Source of the DNA: Octopus bimaculoides
Lineage: Eukaryota
DNA length: 64,000 nt
Direction: 5' to 3'
Assembly: GCF_001194135.2 (NCBI RefSeq)
Contig: NC_069004.1
Span: forward strand, 19,464,343 to 19,528,342
Part shown: piece after piece, positions 51,261 to 62,874 of the stretch
Layout of the letters: every line of letters starts with the position of its first letter
Position numbering within the stretch: the first letter of the stretch is position 1
The notes under the pieces: generated by a model
The model's input: only the letters and a program-made list of their open reading frames with translations
The model's database searches: none
What the model was told of the DNA's origin: nothing
Made by a program: the position numbers and the translations under genes

Positions 51261-51815
51261 AATGAACTACTAAATCAAAGATATTTTAGCCAAGTCCATC
51301 CTACCTTTGTAGTATATCACACATTATTCAGTACATCCTTACTTAATTAGGTTGAGTAACTTGTACAACAGTTTCCATTGTTGGTCAATGTGCTCGTATT
51401 TGTTAGTATTCTGGTGTGAAGATTTTCTTTTTTCCCACAGATTGATTAGGTTATTAAAAACATTATTTCACATTTAGCAGGTTTTATAGTTTATTTATGT
51501 AAACATTTCACTATTTCTCTTTCCTTCTCACTCAAATTATTTTTTAAGGAGAAATTCAGATATCATCATCATTTTAATGTTCATTTTTTCCATACTTGCA
51601 AGTGTTGGATGGCATTTTATTGAAGTACAATTTTCTATGACTGGATGCCCTTCCTGTTGCCAACCCTTACCTGTTATTTCCCAGCAAGGTAATATCTCCA
51701 TATGGCCAGACATGTTTTAGCAGGATATAGGAAATGATAGGCATTTATTTACAACAATCACATGATGTCAAGACAAGGAGCCTCATACAAATACACACAC
51801 ACACACACACATATA

Positions 51816-52551
51816 GGTGCAGACGTGGCTGTATGGTAAGAAGCTTGCTTCCCAACCACATAGCTCAGGGTTCAGTCCCCCTGCGCAGCACCTTCGGCAA
51901 CTGTCTTCTATAGCCTTGGGCTGACCAAATCCTTGTGAGTGGATTTGATAGAAGGATACTGAAAGAAGCCTGTCTATATATGTTTGTGTGTTTTTGTCCC
52001 TTTGCCATGACTTGACAACAGATGTTGGTATGTTTACGTCCCCATAACTTAGCAGTTCAGCATAAGAAACCGATAGAATAAGTACTAGGCTTACAAAGAA
52101 CAAGTACTGGGTTTGATTTCTTCAGCTAAAAAATCCCTTTAAGGCAGTGCTCCAGCATGGCTGCAGTCAAATGACTGAAACAAGTAAAAGAATATATATA
52201 TTCTTTTATGTGTTTCAGTCATTTGACTGCGGCCATGCTGGAGCACTACCTCTAGTCGAAGAAATCGACTTCAGGGCTTATTCTATCAGTCTCATTTTTG
52301 CCAAACCACTAAGTTACGGGGACGTAAACACACCGACATCGGTTGTCAAGCGATGGTGGGGGACAAACACACACATACACACACACATACACATATATGT
52401 ATATATACAGCCAGCTTCTTTCAGTTTCCGTCTACCGAATCCACTCACAAGGCTTTGGTTGGCTTCAGGCTATAGTAGAACACACTTGCCCAGCTTGCCA
52501 TGCAGTGGGACTGAACCTGGATCTATGTGGTTGGTGAGCCACTCCTGTGCC
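51816..52551. mobile_element. Tail-to-tail inverted pair of full-length family A SINEs
   Basis: Plus copy 51816-52192 and minus copy 52201-52551, separated only by tatatata. Confidence 0.88.
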
Positions 52552-53348
52552 TGTATATCTAATAGAGATGGAAAGTGTAATATATGGAGAACTTATCTGT
52601 CGTTATTGTTTCTATTATGCTCAATGTACACTGAGGAATTCCTAATGTAGATCCAGCAAGAATTGTGCAATTAGTGTCGATGACACCAGGTAGCCATAGC
52701 TTTATCGGCTTACTACCAGGGACATACCCAACATGTAAATTTTAAATTTTATCTTGTATATTTATGCCAAATCAGATTGGAGCCTGGTGTAGCCATCTGG
52801 TTTCACCAGTCCTCAGTCAAATCGTCCAACCCATGCTAGCATGGAAAGCGGACGTTAAACGACGATGATGATATGATGGGCTTCTTTCAGTTTCCATCTA
52901 CCAAATGCACTCACATGGTTTTGGAGTTTATAATAAAAGGCACTTGCCCAAGTTGCCGTGCAACTGAGCCCAAAGCCATATGTTGGGAGGCAAACTTCTT
53001 CCCACACAACCACGCTTGCCCTTATACCATCCCTATGTCTATACTTCACTTACGTCTAAATGTGTGTGTGTGTATACACACACATGATAAACAGTCCCAA
53101 ACAAAAATAAATGAATAAATTAGAAGTAAACATGTTTATTACAAGTGGTGGTTGTAGTAGTAGTAGTATAAATTTTTACTGTTACTGCTACCACTAGTAA
53201 CAAGTAGTAGTATTTTCACCATGTTACTTTCATACAGAGATATGACTTAGTTTTTATATGTAGTCTGTTTCTGCTTTTGTGAGTGTCTGCGTCTGTGTGT
53301 GTGTTTATCACATGTTTAGTTTGTGAAGTAGACATCTTTCTCTAACAG

Positions 53349-53402
53349 ATGTCCAGAAAGTAGACGATGAAAACTTGATGAGTCAGATATTATTGACTCT
53401 AG
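53349..53402 (+). CDS. Candidate 54-nt internal exon (phase 1-1)
   Basis: Acceptor tctttctctaacag with a ctaac branch-like motif and donor AG/gttagc. Only one frame is open: (D)VQKVDDENLMSQILLTL. Protein not recognised. Confidence 0.3.
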
Positions 53403-53824
53403 GTTAGCCTTGTGTTATATACATGCACACACATGCACACATCTACTTCTCCATGCATGTATGACTATATGTCTATGTATTGCCTACCCCTCCCTCACTT
53501 TTCTATGTTTCCTTCCAAATAGAATTTCGGAATCTTGATTAAATATATTTTTCTTTGATTTAGAAACGGTTTACTTATTTGGTGCTTAGAAACATATATG
53601 TCTCCTGCTGCATGTAGAGAGTCATGGTCGATGGAAGATGTGAAAATTAGCTTTGAATCCTGACAGCTTGTGTGTGTGTAACTTTATTAAGCATGTGGAT
53701 ATTTTCTTTGTGTAAACATGTTTATTCATATATGGATTTTTTGGCTGTGCATGGTGTACATGCACAATTTATAGGTTTGTGTTTGTGTAAATTCCATACA
53801 GATGTATATTATACATACATATAA

Positions 53825-53859
<35 letters not shown>

Positions 53860-54510
53860 GCTATGCGGTAAGAAGTTTGTTTCCAACTACACAGTTCCGT
53901 ATTCAGTCCCGACTGTGACGCCACGGACAAGTATCTTCTCTTTTAGCCACTGGCCACTCAAAACCATATGAGTGTATTTCGTAAATGAAAACTAAAAGAA
54001 ACCTGTTGTGTGTGTCTTTGTGTTTGTTCCTCACTACTGCTTGACAACCAGTGTTGGTTTGTTTATGTCCATGTAATAGTGGTTCAGCAAACGAGACTGT
54101 GACATCTTGGGCAAGTGTCTTTTACTATAGCCCTGGGCCAATGAGCCTTGTGAGTGGATTTGGAAGACAGAAACTGAAAGAAGGCCATTGTGTGTGTGTG
54201 TGTGTTTATATATTTGTCCCACTCCACTGTTTGACAACCGGTTTTGGTTTGTTTATATCCTCTTAGCAATTCAGCAAAAGTGACTGATAGAATAAATACC
54301 TGGCTTTTAGAAAGAAAAAAAAAATACTGGGGGTCGATTTTCGTTCAACTTAAAACCCTTCGAGGCAGTGTCCCAGCATGGCTGCAGTCTAGTGACTGAA
54401 ACAAGTGAAAGATGAAAGTTAGGTTTATTTGAATGAAGAGGTAAAATGGAACTCAATACATCAGTGAGTTGTCAGATAAATTTATTAATTTTGTTTTCTA
54501 TTTGTTTTAA

Positions 54511-54610
54511 TCCTTTAGCCTTCAAATCATTCTGTCAAATTTAATACCTGTTCATTCACATTGTTTCGAATTAATCATGCATTATTTCATAGCTTCTAGA
54601 TTTTGATGAC
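54511..54610 (+). mobile_element. Partial copy of the piggyBac-type MITE
   Basis: ttaa-tcctttagcc...ttcacattg...gaattaatcatgcattat matches the 5' half of 59749-59973. Confidence 0.65.
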
Positions 54611-54909
54611 AATGATGATCATCAGTTAATGTCTGTTTTCCATGCTGGCATGAGTTGGACAGTTTGACCAGGGCTCGTAAAGTTATTTCTTTTCCTATTT
54701 CGTACTCCATTGTCATCTGTCTGAAAATAGGTAAAATTCAAATTTGAAAAGCCATAAACGGAAATTGTAGAGGTAAAATAGAGCTATTAGAAAAACCATA
54801 AAGTACAATAAAAATATTTTTTTGTGTTAATTCAATTAGCATTGGAAAGAAATAAATTTATCTGATAACCCTATACTTTTTTTTTTTTCCTATTTTTAAC
54901 TGCTGAAAG

Positions 54910-55170
54910 TTACAAAGGTGGCTCAAGAGCCAAGAGTTTTGTGTCTGACACTTATGAAACTGACTTCAAATCTGAGGGTTTGTTTCTTATATGCTGATGA
55001 TGTAGCATTCTTTCTAGAATGTTCAAATCTTTCATCAAATGTTCTGTAAAAGAAACAAACCCTTGGATGTGAACTTAAGTGTAGTAAGTGCCAGGCACAA
55101 AACCCTCAGCCTTCAAGTCACATTTGTAAGTTACTGCTAATTAAAAATAGTGTGTGTCTGTTTATATCCT
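54910..55170 (+). mobile_element. Ancient non-LTR reverse transcriptase remnant (CR1/L2-like); related fragment at about 57820-58000
   Basis: One frame reads ...SNLRVCFLYADDVAFF (YADD at 54990-55001). The downstream aatctttcatcaaatgttctgt...ggcacaaaaccctcagcc recurs near 57880-57950. Confidence 0.55.
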
Positions 55171-55422
55171 TTTATTCTTTTACTTGTTTCAGTCATTAGA
55201 CTTTGGCCATTCTGGGGCACCACCTTGTAGAATTTTTAGCCAAATGAATCAACCCCAATACTTTTTTTTTAAAGCCTAGTACTTTTTTTTGTCATCACTT
55301 TTGCAGAAACTGATAAGTTAGGAGGATGTAAACACACCAACAGTGGTTGTCAAGTGATGGTGGTGGTGGTGGTGGACAAACACAGACACAAAGATACATG
55401 TGTATGTATATATATACATATA

Positions 55423-55470
<48 letters not shown>

Positions 55471-57267
55471 CATGGGCTTCTTTTATTTTCCATCTACCAA
55501 ATCCATTCACAAGGCTTTAGTTAACCCAAGGATATAGAAGACACTTGTCCAATGTGCCATGCAATGGGACTGAATCCAGAACCATGTGGTTTGAAAGCAA
55601 GCTTCTTACCATGTAGCCACATATATATAAATTTGTGTCTATGTATACTTACATATAGATATATACACCCAAATGTACATGCTTATCTGTATACTGTTTT
55701 ACATTGCTTCCACTGTAGTGTATGTGACTCATAGATGTTGGCAAACATTGACCCAATGCCAATGTTGAAAAATGACTTGTCATTAGTATATGTATATATA
55801 TACTTGTGTATGTATGTATGCATACACACACACACATACACACACACACATGTATATGCATGCATTCGTGTGTGTTTATATTTATGTATATGTGTATGTG
55901 ATATGTGAGAGTTGTGGTAGGCAAAGTGTTTTTGGATTATCTTTTGTGCTGTTTCTGTCTCTTACATAATTTACTTGAGCATGGTTTCTTGTTGACCTCT
56001 GTTACTATGCACCTATTTCCCCCCTCTCTCTCTCCCTCCCTCCCTCTCACTTTTCTCTCACTTACATGTATGTGTTTGTTCAGAGTGGAAGGATAATAAT
56101 TATAGTAGTGTCAAGAATTGGCACATAGCTAGTGGTAGTTGGTTTATATATATATATATATATATATNNNNNNNNNNNNNNNNNNNNNNNNNNNNNNNNN
56201 NNNNNNNNNNNNNNNNNNNNNNNNNNNNNNNNNNNNNNNNNNNNNNNNNNNNNNNNNNNNNNNNNNNNNNNNNNNNNNNNNNNNNNNNNNNNNNNNNNNN
56301 NNNNNNNNNNNNNNNNNNNNNNNNNNNNNNNNNNNNNNNNNNNNNNNNNNNNNNNNNNNNNNNNNNNNNNNNNNNNNNNNNNNNNNNNNNNNNNNNNNNN
56401 NNNNNNNNNNNNNNNNNNNNNNNNNNNNNNNNNNNNNNNNNNNNNNNNNNNNNNNNNNNNNNNNNNNNNNNNNNNNNNNNNNNNNNNNNNNNNNNNNNNN
56501 NNNNNNNNNNNNNNNNNNNNNNNNNNNNNNNNNNNNNNNNNNNNNNNNNNNNNNNNNNCGATAGGCTGTTATACTTCAAAACGTTTGTTTAATCGTGTTG
56601 ATGGATTGGTCTCAAAGTCTTTTTCAGCTTGTATCACTTGGCCCAGGTGTCCCAAGAAAGTTAAGAAATATATATATAGAATAGCAACCAAATCTCTATA
56701 AAATCACACTCTATGCCTTAAAAAAATGAAAAGATTTATTAAATAAACTTGACCCTAGACACACTTATGCCTAAGGAAAAGTTGGAATGATTATGGCAGG
56801 AATGCTTTTATCAGCAATCTGTTTGATGAAGGATGGCACCAACAGCACTAACACTGACCTCTAAGTCTGTGATACATTTAAACAATATGGATAATAGCTG
56901 CAGACATGGCTGTATGGTAAGATGTTTGCTTCCTCACTACATGGTTCCAGGTTCAGTCCCACTAAACTGCTAAGTTATAGGGATGTAAGCGAAACAACAC
57001 TGGGTTGTCAAGTTGTGATGAGGACTAAACACAAATGCGAAGATGCACACATAAATAAACGCATGGATATGTGATGGGATTCTTTCAGATTTTGTCTACT
57101 AAGTCTGCTCGCAAAGCTGTGGTTTGCATGGGATTATAGCTGAAAACTAGCCCAAGGTGCCAACCATTAGGACTGAACCCAAAACCATGTGATTGGGAAG
57201 CTTGTGCTTATATATATTTATTTGATTAATGAGAGAGACAGAAGATGGAAGATACGAGAATGTTTAT

Positions 57268-57377
57268 TAATCACTACAACTGTTTTGACCGATCTAGCAT
57301 TGATCCCTCATGGGTGGGATACTTAACAACTGGTTCAGGAGCATCTGTCGGTGGAGATGTGTCTCTTCAGATGATTA
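57268..57377 (-). ncRNA. Type I hammerhead motif with large stem II insertion and a G12A core mutation
   Basis: On the minus strand: stem I UAAUCAU/GUGAUUA (7 bp), CUGAAGA (57370-57364), stem II closed by GAC/GUC, AAAA in place of GAAA, stem III ACAGUUGU (near-palindrome), GUA triplet, followed directly by AAUAAA. Confidence 0.72.
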
Positions 57378-59748
57378 CAAGATGTATCTCGTTAAAATAA
57401 TGACTGTTCCGCAAGATATTTTCTCAGTTTGTGTGTAGAAAAGTAGAAATTCAAGGGATACAGCTTCATTTCTATAGAAGAATCATAATAAATAACAGAT
57501 GCTAAAAGAAATGAATACACACACATGTGTATACAAAATGTATATATGAGCCTGCATGTTGCCCAACATTACATAATGTTGTTATATTGCTATGATTATA
57601 GTTACTATCATTGTCACGAGCATGCTTTTTTGTGGTTATTTGGTCTACTAGAATTACCATAAATGTCTGAAAGTTCCACCTTACCATTCTTAAAAAAAAA
57701 AAAAAGGAAAAAAATGAAGATCATGTTGGATAATGTAGTTTTAGATACGCTACATGTATTTGAGAAAAAATTGTTAAAATGTCGGACAGGAAACCTTGTA
57801 TTTGGTGAAATTTTGAATTGAAATTCTGCTGAGGCTGACTTAGCTTAATATTCTGCAGAAGTCAGAGAAATGAATTGCAAAATCTTTAATCAAATGCTCT
57901 GTGAGGAACTGTGTTTCATTCTGTATAAGGCACGAAGCCCTCAGCCCTTGAATCATTTTGTAACTTTCTGTCAATTAAAAATTGCTTCTTGTTTCTCTGA
58001 GGTTGATAAACTATCACCTGACAAATTAAACGTCAATTAAATTAACAAAGTGGAGTCATTTCAATTGATTAAAAGCTCATTAATGTTGTGCTGTGGCCTG
58101 GCCAGTCTTATGTCTAAAGCTGTAAAGGAATAAAAGTACTAAGCCCGAATATAGAAAGCAGTTGCAGGCATGGCTTTTGTGGTAAGAAGTTTCCTTACCA
58201 ATCACTGAGTTTCAGGTTCAGTCCTACTGTGTGGTACCTTGATCCTTGACCTTCTATTATAGAAGCCTTTTGAGTGGATTTGGTATACAGAAACTGAAAG
58301 AAGCTTGTTTGTGTGTATGTTTGTATTTGTCCCACACTACCACTTGACAACCAATGTTGGTTTGTTTACATCCCTGTAACTTGGTGATTCAGCATATAAT
58401 TATAATTACCAGGCTTAAAAAAAAAGTATTGAGGTCAATTTGTTTGACTAAAACCCTTCAAGATATTGCTCAGCACGGCCACAGTCCAATCACTGAAGTG
58501 CTTAAACAATAAAAGATTTATCATGAGATCATCTTCATTTACAAGTCTGCCATCTTTTATCCTTATAGACAACATTACCTTGGCATTGTCACAATTACCA
58601 ACACTTCTTCCTCCTCCTCCTTCTCAGCTTCCATCCACATCTCCATCACTCTACTATATTTATTATCACCATTACCATCCTCAACATTACTCTCACTATT
58701 CTGACCTACTCTATCTAAATTCCTATAACCACTATCTATCTTTCTCCACCACAGTTTTTCCCAATAGAAAGTCTCTTCTATTAGTGTAAGTTGTAAATAG
58801 TCTCTATGCCCCACACCCAGTTTCACCAAATATGACAAGGACTTCTGGTCTGCACCCTGTGACACTGTTTTCATAGGCTTTGTTCTCCCTCTCTTTATTT
58901 TTTTGCTTGTTTAATTTTCTGTTGAAATGTCACACATTTCATTAGTAACTCCTAGTAAACAGTGTAATATTATCCTTTACTTGTTTCAGTCATCAGACTT
59001 GCAGGTCATGCTGGAGCACCACCTTGAAGAAATTTAGTCAAATGAATCTACCCCAGTACTTGCTATTTTTTGTAAAGCCTAATACTTATTCTATCAGTCT
59101 CTTTTGCCAAACTGCTATGTTATGGGGACGTAAATATACTAACATGAGTTGTCAAGCAGTGGTAAGGAACAAACAGACACACAAAGATACACACACACAC
59201 ATACATATTTGACTGGCTTCTTTCAGTAGTTTCCGTCTACCAAATCCACTCATTTAGCTATGTGTATGTGTGTCTGTGTTTCTCCCCCACTACTGTTGGA
59301 CAGCACCAGTGTTGGTGTATTTATGGTCCCTGTAACTTAGCAGTTCGGCAAAAGAGACCAATAAAATAAGTACTAGGCTTTAAAAAAAAAAAGCCCTTGG
59401 CCAGTCAGATGACCGAAACAAAATATGATTTGGTGTCTCCTTATTTTGACATCACATTGTAGCTGTAAATGAATCCCACTGTTATACAACCGTGTTCTTT
59501 ATTTCCATTCTTCCATGAAAACATATCTTGCCATACAGTGATATTACCTGACTGGGAAACAGGTGAGGGTTGGTGACAGGACAAGCATCAATCAAGCTTC
59601 ATCCAACCTCTGGAAGAGTGGAGGATGATGATGGTGGTGAGGTTGAGGAATTAAATGCCTTGCTACTTCTCTACTGAGTTCAGATCTCATTGAGGACCCA
59701 GTCCACCCAACCTCATATTTTGATAGAATAATTTCTTGTCTCGTTTAA

Positions 59749-59973
59749 CCCTTTAGCTTTCAGATTACTCACTCAAATGTAATGCTTGTTTATTCACATT
59801 ACTTTTTGAATTAATCATGTATTATCTCATAGCTTCAAGATTTCAATGACATGAGCATTTATTTTTAGAATGACATTTGTAGAGTAGGTGTGAGAGGCCA
59901 GATCTGGCCAGTTTGAACATAAAACAGGGAGAATATTTGGGGCCAGATATGGTCAGTTTAAATGCTTAAAGGG
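59749..59973. mobile_element. piggyBac-type MITE, copy 1
   Basis: TTAA at 59745-48, termini ccctttagc ... gcttaaaggg, TTAA at 59975-78. Confidence 0.78.
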
Positions 59974-60139
59974 TTTAACAACTAAATATAAGCACCCCTT
60001 ACGAATATCTGGCTCTGTGTGAAAGGAAAGCATTAGAGTTATTGGTGTTAGTGCAGACACTATATACCCAGTTGAGATGTTGCTTTGAAGCAAAATAAGT
60101 CCATTGTAGGTTTTTCTTTCATGTGGTTGGTGTATCTAA

Positions 60140-60360
60140 CCCTTTAGTATTCAGATTATTCTGTCAAATATAAAGCTTATGTATTCACACCATTTTAAAA
60201 TTAATCCTGCATCATTTCATGACTTTGAGGTTTCAATGATGTGATTGTTTATTTTTAAAATGACACAATAAGGTAGCTATGAATGACCATATCTGATTAG
60301 TTTGAACATAAAACAGGTAGAATATTTTGGCTGGATATGGCCAGTTTAAACACTAAAGGG
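60140..60360. mobile_element. piggyBac-type MITE, copy 2 (same orientation)
   Basis: ccctttagtattcagatt ... aaacactaaaggg, colinear with copy 1. Confidence 0.75.
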
Positions 60361-62500
60361 CCAGGGAAACTCAGCAAGCTCAAACCTTTTCATTGCCAAG
60401 CTTTACCTGTGGAAGGGCTTACACTCGGATTTGCAAACTAAGCCACACAACTTTGTCATTAGTAAACACAGTAGAACACACAAAATAAATGTGATACTGT
60501 TTGATATAAGTAGTGTCGTTGATAAAGTATTGATAAGTACTTGTTGTTGCTACAGTGGTGGTAGTGGTAGTGGTGGCTGTAGTAACTCCTGGTGATCTGA
60601 GTCTGTAACCTGATTTCAGTTTCCAAATAGAATTGCTTTAAATGTATTACTAACAGCCTTGAACAATACTGGCAGAATAAATACCACAAGGTATTTTTCT
60701 TTGTGATTGCACTTGTTTATCAGTTTTTTTGCCAATGCGTGTGTGTGTGTGTGTATTGACCACATATACTCAATGTATGTACTTTGCTTGTTCACCAGTA
60801 GGCTACAATTTTGCACAGTGGAGATGCCTCCTTCAAAGCACTGGATGTCAAAGCCCCTGAAAGTCATAGATAGGTGCAGGCATGTTTGTGTGGTTAAGTA
60901 GTTTGTATCTCAACCACATGGTTTTGGGGTTCAGTTTCACTGTGTGGTGTCTTATAGCCCTGGGCTAACCAAAGCCTTGTCAATGAATATGGTAGATGGA
61001 AACTGAAAGAAGTACATCACACACACATATACCGATGTGTGTGTGTGTGTATCTGTGCTTATTTGCATTTGTGTTCTAACTTTTCTAGGGCACAAATGCT
61101 ATCCCTGGCAGTGTTGTCCATTCTGTCAACAAATTGAGAACTTGCTTTGTGTCTTTGAAGATGTGTGAAATAAGAGACCCCTTACTTGCAAAATGGGGAC
61201 GGGTTACCAACTGGAACAGTATCTGAATAATGCCTTGATAATTAGTTTTCTAACCCATGCACACATGAAAAAAGACATAAAATGTGTGTGTGTGTGTGTG
61301 TGTGTGTGTGCCTGTGTTTGTCCACTACTGCCACTTAACAACCAGTGTTAGTGTATTTATGTGCCTGTAAATTAGCATTTCAGCAAAATAGATTGATCGA
61401 ATAAGTGCCAGGCTTAAAAAAAAAAAAGCACTTGGGTCGATTTGTTCCACTAAAAATTCTCCAAGGTGGTGCCCCAGTATGGCCACAGTCTAATGAATGT
61501 AATAAAAGATAAAAGATACACACACACACACACACACACATACTGACTTTTATTCTAAATTCCATCTCACATATTTCATTGATAGAACCTTGGCCCATCC
61601 TATGCTGTATAATAAGTATTGAACCCAGGACCATGTAATTAATAGTCATATGATCATGATTTTTTTTTTTTTTTTGTGTGTGTTAGTGGAAGGTTAGGAG
61701 TGTTTCTGCTCTTGAGTGATGGTTGTAAAAGTAAGGACATGAATCTAACTTGTAGGAGACAGGTGTTTTGTGTTTCAATGCTTTTCCTAATACAGTTCAT
61801 TGAACTGTGAAATGGTGAATAGTATTTGTTTAGGTTGACTGAGTAGGATAGTATAACTTCCCCAGAAGTAAAAACACAGTATGCTATGTCAAGATTTAAA
61901 CCAGTTGACCTTTAAGGAGTCTCTATTAATCTTAAGCCTGTCAGTTTTGCCATCCCTAGTTAATCTATTATTTGTTATATAACAGTTGAATGTAGGCCTC
62001 TATTGTGATTTGAAATTTTATTCATGCCAGAATTTTATTTCTGGACTTGGTAGGAAATTAGAAGATTTATTGCTTCCCAACCACATGGTCTTGAGTTTGG
62101 TTCCACTGCGTGACACCTTGAGCAAGTGTCTTCTATTTTAGCTCCAGATTAACCAAAGCCTTGTTAGTGGATTTGGTAGACTGAAACTGAAAGAAGCCTG
62201 TTGTATATGTGTCTGTGTGTGTATTCTTTTATTCTTTTACTTGTTTCAGTCATTTGATGGTGGCCGTGCTGGAGCACTGCCTTGAAGGGTGTTTTAGTCG
62301 AACAAATCAACCCCAGGATTTATTTTTGGAGCCTAATACTTATTCTATCATACCCTTTTGCTGAACCACTAAGTTACTGGGACCTAAATACACCAACACT
62401 GGTTGTCAAGTAGTGATGGAGGGGGGGGGCAAACACAAGCACAAAGACAAACACACATAAATATATACATATATATATATAAGGTAATAGCTAATTGCCA

Positions 62501-62818
62501 ACAATTCTTTAAAGTAAAAGCTGACTGCCAACATAATATGGCTGTCTTGGAAGGGATGTTGTTACTGTTCATTAGCTCCAAGAAACATCATTTCTAGCTG
62601 GCTATACAACACGCTGTGTCCTTATATTTTCAAACAGGAATCCAGCATCCCCATGCTAGGTGGAAATGCTGAATTCCCTGTTCGAAAATATAAGGACACA
62701 GATAGTGTGTTGTATAGCCAGCTAGAAACGATGTTTCTTAGGGCTAATGAACAGTAACAATGTCTGTTCCAGGACAGCCATGTTATGTTGGCAGTCAGCT
62801 TTTACTTTAAAGAATTGT
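62501..62818. mobile_element. Palindromic foldback element of about 318 bp
   Basis: Arms 62501-62648 and 62666-62818 are near-perfect reverse complements around a 17-nt loop. Flanks are CA and TA. Confidence 0.88.
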
Positions 62819-62825
62819 TACTGAA

Positions 62826-62874
<49 letters not shown>

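Noticed and set aside
54952-55043. Minus-strand exon-like frame EHLMKDLNILERML... after a strong acceptor
   Set aside because: The opposite strand encodes a YADD RT remnant and the segment is repeated near 57880, so a LINE fossil explains it better.
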